Source of the DNA: an uncultured Nitrospiraceae bacterium
Lineage (GTDB): Bacteria; Hydrogenedentota; Hydrogenedentia; Hydrogenedentales; SLHB01
Length of the DNA stretch: 64,000 bases
Direction of reading: 5' to 3'
Assembly (NCBI GenBank): GCA_964402555.1
Contig: CAYOCT010000001.1
Location: 204,049 to 268,048 of the forward strand
In this document: positions 52,025-61,492 of the stretch, piece by piece
How positions within the stretch are numbered: the first letter of the stretch is position 1
Layout: every line of letters begins with the position of its first letter
Notes under the pieces: model-generated
The model's database searches: none
Seen by the model: the letters and a program-made list of their open reading frames with translations, nothing else
Told to the model about the DNA's origin: nothing
Program-made: the position numbers and the translations under genes

Positions 52025-55000
52025 AGTTCTTTTCCCATACAGGGCAGACTTTCCCTGTATCCAACACATAATTCCTGTAGCGTCTAAGAACTTCCCGGCC
52101 CTTTTCGTGTCTGCTTAGTCTCTCATCACAGAGGGCGCTGACGTCTCCCACAAGAATCAACATGCATCGGGCCCTTGAAAAGGCAACGTTCATGCGCTTC
52201 AAGTCCAGGGCAAAATCAAGATAGGTTCCCAAGAACCCTCTACCTCTGCATTGTCCACATCTCTGTCCGCGGGCGGTCATGCCCTGTCCATGGCACCCTC
52301 GGCAGGGCTTCGGGCTGCGGGTAAAGGATACGATGATAATGTCGCATTCGCTGCCCTGGAAACTGTCGACTGAGTCTACAATCGGTCGTATTCGCTTGAA
52401 GGGGTACTTTGCATTACGCTGAAGCTGTCTCTCGATGGCGGCTTTTTGAGCCGCATACGGGGTGATTACGCCGATACTGACTTCTCGAGTGTGCTCAAAC
52501 GTTTCCGCTTTCTCAAGGATGCTGCAAACGATATTGGCCTCGAGGTCGTTGCGATAGCCTGTTCCGACCCGTTCTTCATGACGGTCCTCGCCATACTCCA
52601 TGGTCGAAATCAGGCATACAGGTTTGGTGAACTTGCCGAAGTTAATGGTACCGTGCGGGGCTTCGAGGGGGGATCTGAGATTTCCCTCATAGAACACTTC
52701 GCTGATGAACGCCCCGATGGTGCGATGCATGCGAAACTGCCGATCGAGCATCACGCCACATCCGCCGGCGAAACTTGGCCAGAGTTCCGCAAATAGACTT
52801 GAATCGAGCAAACAGAGCGGATCGTCATCGTTGGCGGCGGGACATGCCGGATGCCGTTCAGCGTCGGCAACACAATCCACATTCATGCTGCCGTTAGGCG
52901 GGAGCTGCATGTCGTCACCGATCAGGAGAAGCCTCCTGGCATGGAAGGCCGGAATGAGTGTCTCAGGCGTCGTGGCTTTTCCTGCCTCGTCGATGATGAC
53001 AAGGTCGATACTCTGAGGTCTTCCGTTATGCAGTTCCTTCCATGACGCAAGCCCGACACACGTTGCAAGAAACACCTGGACGTCATCCATCAGGAACTTA
53101 CTGATTTCTCCTGACTCACGATTCGCGATTACCTTGTCGCGCCATTCGCGTATGACCTCGTAAATGGACTGAGTACGCGCGAGCTCCGCTGCGTATTTCT
53201 CAACAAGGGCGTTCTGGTCGTCTTCCGTCCAGGATTCCAGGCTTCTGCCCTCTTCACTCAGAAGGTCGCGTAGCGGCATGAGGGGATTGAAGTATTCTTC
53301 ATCCAGGGCGCTGCGCTCCTTGCCGAACCGCTGCAGATCCCTGGAAAACTCCTCCTCAATGACGCGTTCACGCTGGGACAAATGGAGGTAGATCTGCTCA
53401 GTACTCTTCTGATGGGCAGCGGTCTCATGGGCGACAGCTTCGGCGGCAACCATCGCCTCATGTTTGCCAGAGAGAAGCGCGGCCTTTGCCTGGTCTGCCT
53501 TGTCCATGTAGGACTTGAGTTTCGTTTCTAGGGCTGTTTTTGAGGAGAGACGCTCAGAAAAGATGCCCGCAAATTGGGAGACGAGGGTAGGTATTTCTGT
53601 CAGGAACCGGCGGTTGTCAATGCGAGTCCGAAGCTGCGTTTGGCGTCGCGTGTTGGCGGCCAGAATCGCCTCTTGTGCGCTAACGCGCTTTTGGCACTCG
53701 TCCCGGCTGGTCTGTAGCGCGTTCATCCTTTGTGAATGGGCCGTATTCAACGCCAACTGATCGTTTCCGGCTTTTGCTCGAGCACTTGCCAATTGCTCAT
53801 GACGTATCCTCGTGGACTCGTCTCCTTTACGCTGGATTTGAGCAATCCGTGCTCGGTATTCCCGGAGTGCAAGAGTTACGCAGTACCAGGTGTCAACGCT
53901 GTGTTTCAGTTCTTTGCAGCGAACGCGAAGAGACTGGAACTTCTTGTCCGCGCGTTCTCCCAGTAACGAAAGCTCGCGATCGATGTCGAACGAGCATCTT
54001 TGGTCGATATCCTCGCGTCTCTCCGCCCGGGCGTAACGCAGCATACGGCACTTGTCCTCTTCCAGCCGTTCCATCACGTTCACGACGGCCTGATGCGTCT
54101 GGCTGCATACCAGGACACGGCCACCGCGCTCAACGATGTGGCGAACCACCTCGACAATGACGGAGGTCTTTCCGGTCCCGGGGGGACCTTTGACCAGAGC
54201 GACGGGGACTTCATCACTCAGCGCAAGCTGAACCGCCTCGGCCTGCTGTGGGTTTCCTGCAATGTGCGGGTCCTTGAACTCCAGGGAGGGGAGAATCCGG
54301 GGTCTTGCGGGCGGAGATACCATCGCGCGGAAGACAGGATGTTCCCAATTGATGGCATCACACCACTGGCGGACGTAGGCCTTCTGTTTTATTTCCGCGC
54401 CAGACAATCGTCTGGGCTGGGCTCGAAAGACTTCCGGGATACTTTCCTTGTCGACGGTGTTGGGGAAGCGCAATCGAAGGTACAGCGTTTTCCTGTTTTC
54501 AAAGCGGCCGCTTTTCAACTCTACCTCATTGATGTTGCGTCGTCCGCCAGGTCCTTGCTGAAGTGAGGAAATCGCAAGAGGCTCTCCTGCTTGCATTTGT
54601 TGCCCGGTGAACAACTGGAGGAGCGTTCCCTCAGGCCAGGGCATTTCCCCGCTGCTCTTCCACTCGGGTGTCGGCAGGACTTTGAAGTCATAATCGATAT
54701 ATCCCGGAGTCTCGCCAACCACGGCGGCGCGATCCCCGAGGAGCAAGGCCGGGCTCTGCTCGTCAGGCTGGATGAAATGGTCGAGGCATTCGAGAAGGCC
54801 CTTCCAGTGTTGCGCGGCCATCTTGCAGGCAACGTTGTCGAGGAGGAAACCTCTGGCTGACGACGCCTTTAGTACATCATTCAGAAACGTCTCTACGGCA
54901 ACAGGGCTCGACACGTCGCATCTTCGGAGCCAATCAAAGACGGTAACGTTTGAAGGGTCGATCTCAACGTGTCTGACGCCGTGCTCTCCGTTCTCCTTGA

Positions 55001-55886
55001 GAACAAAGGCGTTGTTGCGCAGATCGTAGTTTATGGGCTGCAGGCCCGAACCTTTACAGAGGTTGCACTTACCTGTTCCATGACAGGGCCGGCAAGGATT
55101 TAACCCTCTTCCACCGCAGGGGCGGCAGGATACGGAGCCCTTCCCACTACATGAACGACAGTCATGGTCATGGGGCCGGAAGTTACCCGATCCCCCGCAT
55201 TTGTGACACGTGAGCCTCCCGCCGCCTGAACATCTCTTACAGACAAGAATACCTGTTCCATCGCACACAGTGCAATGAGCGGATCCTCTACACTTGGAGC
55301 AGGTCGAAGCGTACCAGGATTCTGGTGGTTCAAACGGAAGCCAACGCAAGGGATGAAAGGACACTGGAAAGTCGCCGGAACGAGCGGGATGCACCGGGCA
55401 CTGAAGGAGATATGCAATGGGGACGCGTTCATTCGCCATTATTCGGTCTGCGATGAGCAATCGAGTTCCTGCTGACGGCGTTACGGTCAGCGTCAACTCT
55501 TTAATGCGGTAAAATAGAATCATACTGGCTTGGGACTTCTTGCTGAGAGGGCTGCCTTTCTTGACAGGGCTCACGTAGGCCCGAGTCCCAACGACGTTCG
55601 TGACTTCGCCAACATCGGTAGGCGTAACACCCTCTTCCCAGGAGGGACGGCAATCAAAAAGACGGGCGTCTTTCCTGTCCTCGATACCGATTGCGTAATA
55701 CCCTCCAGGGACCGGCTGGGTCACTTCGCTGCACCACATTTCGGCATCCGGGGTGTGCAGGAGTTCGCATAGAAGGGCTTCCGGATCCTGGATGTCCCGT
55801 ACTCCACGAGCGGCAAGAATGGGAACTATGTCCTGCGAGAAACGCGTTATCAGGCCCCTGGGGAGCACGATGGGCACCCCGGTCAT
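52014..55886 (-). CDS. Upf1/Dna2-like SF1 helicase (AAA_11/AAA_12) with DnaJ-type CxxCxGxG zinc-finger arrays and a coiled-coil insert
   Basis: GPPGTGKTS, DEAGKATTPE, QFRMHRTIGAFISEVFY and DSFQGSECDIIIVSF. CxxCxGxG repeated about 8 times N-terminally and again near the C-terminus. RBS GAGGAGGA before the ATG at 55886. Confidence 0.8.
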   Translation of the reverse strand: MTGVPIVLPRGLITRFSQDIVPILAARGVRDIQDPEALLCELLHTPDAEMWCSEVTQPVPGGYYAIGIEDRKDARLFDCRPSWEEGVTPTDVGEVTNVVGTRAYVSPVKKGSPLSKKSQASMILFYRIKELTLTVTPSAGTRLLIADRIMANERVPIAYLLQCPVHPARSGDFPVSFHPLRWLPFEPPESWYASTCSKCRGSAHCTVCDGTGILVCKRCSGGGRLTCHKCGGSGNFRPHDHDCRSCSGKGSVSCRPCGGRGLNPCRPCHGTGKCNLCKGSGLQPINYDLRNNAFVLKENGEHGVRHVEIDPSNVTVFDWLRRCDVSSPVAVETFLNDVLKASSARGFLLDNVACKMAAQHWKGLLECLDHFIQPDEQSPALLLGDRAAVVGETPGYIDYDFKVLPTPEWKSSGEMPWPEGTLLQLFTGQQMQAGEPLAISSLQQGPGGRRNINEVELKSGRFENRKTLYLRLRFPNTVDKESIPEVFRAQPRRLSGAEIKQKAYVRQWCDAINWEHPVFRAMVSPPARPRILPSLEFKDPHIAGNPQQAEAVQLALSDEVPVALVKGPPGTGKTSVIVEVVRHIVERGGRVLVCSQTHQAVVNVMERLEEDKCRMLRYARAERREDIDQRCSFDIDRELSLLGERADKKFQSLRVRCKELKHSVDTWYCVTLALREYRARIAQIQRKGDESTRIRHEQLASARAKAGNDQLALNTAHSQRMNALQTSRDECQKRVSAQEAILAANTRRQTQLRTRIDNRRFLTEIPTLVSQFAGIFSERLSSKTALETKLKSYMDKADQAKAALLSGKHEAMVAAEAVAHETAAHQKSTEQIYLHLSQRERVIEEEFSRDLQRFGKERSALDEEYFNPLMPLRDLLSEEGRSLESWTEDDQNALVEKYAAELARTQSIYEVIREWRDKVIANRESGEISKFLMDDVQVFLATCVGLASWKELHNGRPQSIDLVIIDEAGKATTPETLIPAFHARRLLLIGDDMQLPPNGSMNVDCVADAERHPACPAANDDDPLCLLDSSLFAELWPSFAGGCGVMLDRQFRMHRTIGAFISEVFYEGNLRSPLEAPHGTINFGKFTKPVCLISTMEYGEDRHEERVGTGYRNDLEANIVCSILEKAETFEHTREVSIGVITPYAAQKAAIERQLQRNAKYPFKRIRPIVDSVDSFQGSECDIIIVSFTRSPKPCRGCHGQGMTARGQRCGQCRGRGFLGTYLDFALDLKRMNVAFSRARCMLILVGDVSALCDERLSRHEKGREVLRRYRNYVLDTGKVCPVWEKNYGE

Positions 55887-56917
55887 GCGATCTCCTCCTC
55901 GAACGCCAGCACTCTCACCACGTGACATGGAGAAGAATTGGAGGGGTCCAATCGCTGAATTGGCCCGTACGGAAACCCGTATGGTGCAGGGGGGGCATCC
56001 CCCATGTTGGTCACGCCGAGCAGTGAGAGCGCACGTCTTGCCTCCTGTGTGATTTTCACAGTGACGCCTGCCCCGTGTCAGGCGCTTCGTTCGACGCGTG
56101 CTCGCCGTCGCTCATTTCTGAATCCCCACGCGTCCCCAAGATCGCCTTCTTGGCAATGACATATCGCACATTATCATAGGTTCTCCGGCCGGAAATCATG
56201 GCGGATTCAGACGTGAAGTGCAACATGCGCCGAGCGGACGGGCGCCCGAGTGTTCTTGAGGCGGCCGAGGCATCTTCGATGCGCCCGCTGTAGCGAATTG
56301 CCCAACGATGCTTTGCAACATAACGCCCCCGGCCAGTTCCCGCGCTGGCCTCGCCCTGCCCAAGGGACTAGACAGGTCGTAGGAACCGCGTCCGGCCTAT
56401 GCTTGTCGTGTCCGACGAGCATCACAATCACCGAGGGGCTGACAAAGTAATTTGAGTAACAGCCCGGCGGCAATCTCCACGTAAGTTCTTGCCCCGTAAC
56501 GGGCTTCTCGAAAAGGAATCGCGCCTCTCGGGCACGCTCCGCGTATTTCGCGATCATACTGGGCGCCAACGAGCATCTTGCCCCTACGATCCCACGCTCA
56601 AACCGCATTCCCGCCGCTGACGCAACGCTCTACCGGTTCGATGTGAAGAAGAGCGCGGCCACGGACAGATCGTGCTGATTTATCCTCACAAGCCGTGGTA
56701 AGATAGCCGGGTTGTTGATACGGTCGATCTGCCCTGCGAAGGGCATGGCCGGCCTTGAAGACTCATCTTCCGAGATAAACTTGATTACCGGCCAGACAGA
56801 CTTCAACTGCCTTGCCGCGTTGGGATGCGCGTTTATAAGAATGAGGTCTCAGGTGCGGCGAACGACCCTGCGGGAGGCAGAAGGCCTCTGGTATGCGGGA
56901 AGGAACGTGACACGATC

Positions 56918-58147
56918 ATGTTTAGAGAAAAGAAAGACGCCCTGGACGAGCGGCGAGGGTCGCCTTCTGAGAGAATCGACTTCAGAAGCGTATCCTTGGG
57001 CGTTCTTTGTGAACACATCGCCAAGGGAAGCGTTGCTGCCTTAGACGAATTTCTGACAAATCGGCGTGTGTTTCCGGGCCGGGCCGAACCGCCCAAAGCG
57101 CTCCTATTCGGCCCGTACGTGGAATTGATCCGACAGAAGACTCTCAAGGCAGGCTGGTGGCAATCCAAGGGAACGGAGTTTGTTGACCGTTCCGTGGAGC
57201 TTCTGATTGCGCGCTTCACCAATCTTCCGTCCAGCGAGACAGCGCCTGACAGTGCCGCACCAGAGGAGAACCAAGAGGACGCGGAAGTGGATGGCTGCAA
57301 CGTTGATCGTCGCGTCTATTTCAAAGCGTTCCTCGCGTCCCTTACGAAGCACTCTAGAGAAAACTCAGTAGCGGGTGAACTCGAACGCGAGCGGCGCGAG
57401 GCGTTTCTCATGCAGGGTTTTCTGTGGCGTCAGTTCTTCTATTGCTTACAGGAGGCCGGACGCGAAGCGAATCAGCTAATGAACCGATATGCTTGGGATT
57501 TCGGATCTGGCCGGATCATCGTGTGGTTCCCGAAATCGTTCAGTGGAAGGCCCCGCAAGCTATGGCTTGAAGAGCATGTTGGCCAGCCTGACTTGACCAA
57601 AGATGGAGAACTCGAACGCATTCAGGCGATCATCGACGAACATTTCGGACGACAAATGCAGTTTTCGATAGACGAGCACTTCGCGGATAGATTAGCGGGA
57701 AGCTTGTCGCCGCCTGACGCCGGGCTCAAAGTTGAAGACGGGGGCACGATGCGTCACCTGATTGCCCATGAAAAGGCTGCTGAAGCCAAGAAACTGCCGC
57801 CAGCGATTCGTAGTCTGGGCTACGACAGAATTGTCGAATTGGTGATAACCATTCTGGACAACATCGTCTCCGAATTGTGCTCAGACGTAGAGATCGCGCG
57901 GCGCTTCGGGCTTAGCACAGCCACATTCAGCCGCTTCGCAGGACGCCAGCGCTGGGATAAATGGCGTGAGGACCGCGAGAATCCGCCGCCACATTTGGCG
58001 GTGAACTCGGCTCGAGCTCTGAGGAAGCACCGGGACTTCATTGAAACCGCTCGTGAGATGGGGCTGATCGACGCGAAACAAGCTATAGAGGCGAAACAGA
58101 ATACTGAGGTGAAGCAAGATACTGAGGTAAAACCCGATGGCACATGA
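56918..58147 (+). CDS. Hypothetical protein with C-terminal HTH
   Basis: DVEIARRFGLSTATFSRFAG. Confidence 0.5.
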   Translation: MFREKKDALDERRGSPSERIDFRSVSLGVLCEHIAKGSVAALDEFLTNRRVFPGRAEPPKALLFGPYVELIRQKTLKAGWWQSKGTEFVDRSVELLIARFTNLPSSETAPDSAAPEENQEDAEVDGCNVDRRVYFKAFLASLTKHSRENSVAGELERERREAFLMQGFLWRQFFYCLQEAGREANQLMNRYAWDFGSGRIIVWFPKSFSGRPRKLWLEEHVGQPDLTKDGELERIQAIIDEHFGRQMQFSIDEHFADRLAGSLSPPDAGLKVEDGGTMRHLIAHEKAAEAKKLPPAIRSLGYDRIVELVITILDNIVSELCSDVEIARRFGLSTATFSRFAGRQRWDKWREDRENPPPHLAVNSARALRKHRDFIETAREMGLIDAKQAIEAKQNTEVKQDTEVKPDGT

Positions 58148-58808
58148 ACTCTATTTTCTTCCCATTCTCCTCGACGCGCTTGATTCGACGCAGTGCCGGG
58201 AGGCCCTGCGGGATGCTTTCTCTAAGATCATCTCGCTGGGTCGGGAACCGGGATATGAACTTGGCTACGCCCGGTTCAAGGAATTTATGAAGATGGTCGG
58301 CGAAGGGCCTTCGTCGGATGAGCAATCGGACTCGGACAACGCAGTGGTTCAATTCCTTATCTCATTCTGTGAACAGATGAGCCCACGTGGAGCCGTGAGC
58401 GCGGGTCTACAAACGGATCCGATCCTTTACAAACGTTGCCAGAGACTGGTGGGCGAGCTTCAACAACTGATGCCTGCCCAAATCACTTTGGAGATCGTCT
58501 TGGAAAGAGGAGATGAAGTTCTTGCCCGTCTCGATGCATGCCAAGGAGGGACACTCGGACGGGTTAGACGTATTCGCCCTGGGACCTACCGCTTGAGTCT
58601 GTCCACGGGGCGGATGCTGTGGGAGGGGATTCTAACGAGGGCGGACTTGCTGTGTGAAGGCCAGCCACTGGCAATGGCAGCCGATGAGAACGGGGCGGCC
58701 GGCGAGCCGGCACGCGAGATCGCGGTGCTGAGTGGCGAGATCGTCATGAAAGTCTATCGGGGTTTGGAGAGCGGCGTGTTGGAGATTGTGCGGATGCTAA
58801 CAGGATGA
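58137..58808 (+). CDS. Hypothetical protein
   Basis: Overlaps both neighbours. Confidence 0.45.
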   Translation: MAHELYFLPILLDALDSTQCREALRDAFSKIISLGREPGYELGYARFKEFMKMVGEGPSSDEQSDSDNAVVQFLISFCEQMSPRGAVSAGLQTDPILYKRCQRLVGELQQLMPAQITLEIVLERGDEVLARLDACQGGTLGRVRRIRPGTYRLSLSTGRMLWEGILTRADLLCEGQPLAMAADENGAAGEPAREIAVLSGEIVMKVYRGLESGVLEIVRMLTG

Positions 58809-60496
58809 TGGGCAGACCGGCGAGCGAAAACAAGATCGGACGGGTGCCGACGTTGCTTGTAGTACAGTCGGACCAACGGGCGTTTCTATGCACGGTAACG
58901 GCGGAGCACCGCGAGAATGCGGGGGAACAGCGGGTTCATTTTTCCGGCGGCGCGATAATTGCACCCGCTGTGGCCGACCACGTCGTCTCGGTAGTAGTTC
59001 CTTTGGTGGAAGGCGTGTGTCGGTTGCTGGGTGAGTCGGTTTCTCGATGGGACATTGTTTATGAGTCAATTGAGGCGGCGGCGGCGTGCGAAACACCGTT
59101 GTCTGTGTCCGGGAACTCGGGAGATCTATCGCTGTTTCTCGTCCTCTTGTCGTCGGCTCTACAGCTTCCCCTTCGCCAAGATGCAGTTGCCACGGGGCTC
59201 TTTACGTCAGCCGCGGGGGGCATTGGATCCGTAGGAAGCATTCCAGAGAAACTTCACGCGGCAATAGCCGATTCGCGCATGCGGCTTTTTCTGCACCCGC
59301 CTTTTGGCGTGGACAAATCGTTGGATGCCTTGGTTCCTGATGAGTACAGCCGGATAGAGGAAGCTGTGGCGGATGCCCGGAGGAAGGCTATACGCCTTAC
59401 ACCGGTGAAGGATGTGGCCGATCTTGTTCGCGAGGTACTTGACGAAGAAAGCATAGTGTTGTCCAGTCTTCATAAGGGCTATTTCGACCGGGGATTTGAC
59501 CGGATCTCGCCGGATACGCCGGTTACGAGCGCCGCTCGCCATCTCCTCGCAGGAAATCAAACGCGGTTCTGGCATTGTCTCGGGAACGCCCTGAGGTCTC
59601 AGGAACCGGAACGTGTTAGCCTGTTGTTGTCCGCGTATCTTCAATTCCACGAACGGAAAGAGTCTTACCCTTCGCGTGTTGGGGCCCAACTTATCCAGCG
59701 CCTTCGCACGCTTCCGCCCGTTATGCGACGTGCGTTGCCGAAACCTCTCGTGCCTTCGTCTATGTGCTTTGCCGTAGCTCGTTACGCTTTCGAAACGGAT
59801 ACGGAAGACGCCCAGGCGCTCTTGAAGGCGAACAAAGGCCAGACTTGGTTGAATGAAGGTGAGTCCGGACCTGAAGATCCGGAGGTGCCTGCCGCGAAAT
59901 TGGGTGGGGACGATGCCGATCAGACTTTGGACGCTATTCTGAATCAGTTGAGCGGGGAGAACGTCGTCAAGGCTGCCGGACGTGACATAGACAACGCGTG
60001 TGTTTCCTTCTCGACGGACAGCAGTCTCGCTTCCTCAGCAGACGCCTTCACGGAAGTAGTGACGTCGTTCTATCTCCATTTGCTCTCCGAAACCGGCGTC
60101 CTGCTGACAAGAATCAATTCCAGTGCGGCGGAAAGGGATGCTCTGCGCTTGGTGGAACAGGCATTCCATAAGCAAGGAGGTCTAGAAGGAGCACGTCGAG
60201 AGGCGGAAATAGGTGTAAACGGGGGCCTTCGAGCTGTTCTGGATGCTATGGCCGATTACTATAGGACCCAGGCGGTGGAAAACCATATCATGTTCGTTCT
60301 GGAAACGGCGTTGGACGATCGGGACCGGCCGGCCAAGGTAGCTCTCATAAGAGCATTCCTGCGCCGGTTCGAAGGGCTGCTTCCGCCGGACATTGCCCAG
60401 ACCGAGCCCGAAGACCTCGTTGGTCAATGGAAAGTCATTGCTCACGCTTACGCAAGATCGTTGGATTCATTGAAGAACCTTATCCGAAGACTTTAA
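58805..60496 (+). CDS. Lon-like (S16) protease-domain protein with a long C-terminal helical region
   Basis: SVSGNSGDLSLFLVLLSSALQLPLRQDAVATGLFTSAAGGIGSVGSIPEKLHAA aligns with the Lon proteolytic core (Ser in GNSGD, Lys in IPEK). Confidence 0.6.
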   Translation: MMGRPASENKIGRVPTLLVVQSDQRAFLCTVTAEHRENAGEQRVHFSGGAIIAPAVADHVVSVVVPLVEGVCRLLGESVSRWDIVYESIEAAAACETPLSVSGNSGDLSLFLVLLSSALQLPLRQDAVATGLFTSAAGGIGSVGSIPEKLHAAIADSRMRLFLHPPFGVDKSLDALVPDEYSRIEEAVADARRKAIRLTPVKDVADLVREVLDEESIVLSSLHKGYFDRGFDRISPDTPVTSAARHLLAGNQTRFWHCLGNALRSQEPERVSLLLSAYLQFHERKESYPSRVGAQLIQRLRTLPPVMRRALPKPLVPSSMCFAVARYAFETDTEDAQALLKANKGQTWLNEGESGPEDPEVPAAKLGGDDADQTLDAILNQLSGENVVKAAGRDIDNACVSFSTDSSLASSADAFTEVVTSFYLHLLSETGVLLTRINSSAAERDALRLVEQAFHKQGGLEGARREAEIGVNGGLRAVLDAMADYYRTQAVENHIMFVLETALDDRDRPAKVALIRAFLRRFEGLLPPDIAQTEPEDLVGQWKVIAHAYARSLDSLKNLIRRL

Positions 60497-60516
60497 CAGC
60501 AGATGGAAGGATGCCG

Positions 60517-61095
60517 ATGAGCGCCATAGACTCTCTGATAGCGGAACTGAGCGAACAGGCAATTCTCAACAATGCAAGCAGGAAGTACGACGACGCGAGG
60601 ATTCAGTATGCCCTGCCTTCGATTACCGTGCGTGATTTTGACGAGTTTACCGAGATCGTTAGCGACTACGTGCAACGCACATACAGCACCTGCATGATTC
60701 ATGGCGGCTGGATTTCCACGGCGAACGCCGCAGGCATTGGAAAGGAGATCCTCAACAATTCAGGCGGTCGTCGAGGCGCAGACGTAATGACCTACTACAT
60801 GGATTCTAAGGAAGGTATCAATGGAGGACTGCGCCAGTGCTTGGACACTCTTTGCGAAGGTATGAAGCGGCAGGCAGTGGAGCGATATACCCGCGATGTT
60901 TTCGACCGATACTTGCCACCGGATAACAGAGACCTATTAGAGCACATGGTAGTTGAATTCATCCAGCGGTACGACAAGCTTCTTCCTGGAATCGACCGGA
61001 CGCGGCCACATTGGTACGCTCGCAATCTTGAGACGCTGATCCGCGCCGTGCTGCATGCCACAGAAGATATGGCCAGCATTTACCGCCGACTCTGA
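60517..61095 (+). CDS. Hypothetical protein
   Basis: RBS GGAAGG. Confidence 0.45.
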   Translation: MSAIDSLIAELSEQAILNNASRKYDDARIQYALPSITVRDFDEFTEIVSDYVQRTYSTCMIHGGWISTANAAGIGKEILNNSGGRRGADVMTYYMDSKEGINGGLRQCLDTLCEGMKRQAVERYTRDVFDRYLPPDNRDLLEHMVVEFIQRYDKLLPGIDRTRPHWYARNLETLIRAVLHATEDMASIYRRL

Positions 61096-61492
61096 AACCC
61101 AAGAAAGAGTCAAGCGTGCTCTGAAATCCCTCGCTCTGATCTGAAAAACATCCGGCGTCTATGGGGGATGCCCAGAGTCATCGGCGCCAATAGGATGTTT
61201 CCTGGCGGATCATGGGTAAGGCGCAGAGACCGCTGCCTCAACAGCCTGCCTCAGCGAACACATTCATCCATGCCTTCCGATAGGATTCATCGCAAAATGA
61301 AAGCGGGCTGAACCGGCTCCCAATCCCGACCGCAATGACCGGCCAGTGCATGTTGCTTCTGGAACAGCATTCGCTTCTTTCAAAGGCCGTAAACGCCTTT
61401 GTCCCTTGAAACCGATTTCCCTGATCCTGCCGAGGAATCGCTTCTGAAACTTCTAATTTGTCTCCTCCGCTAATACTCAAAAGGAGGAATTT

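Noticed and set aside
56207-56608. Minus-strand ORF in the long intergenic region (possible transposase remnant)
   Set aside because: No recognisable catalytic motif or RBS was found. It is left as unassigned non-coding or regulatory DNA.
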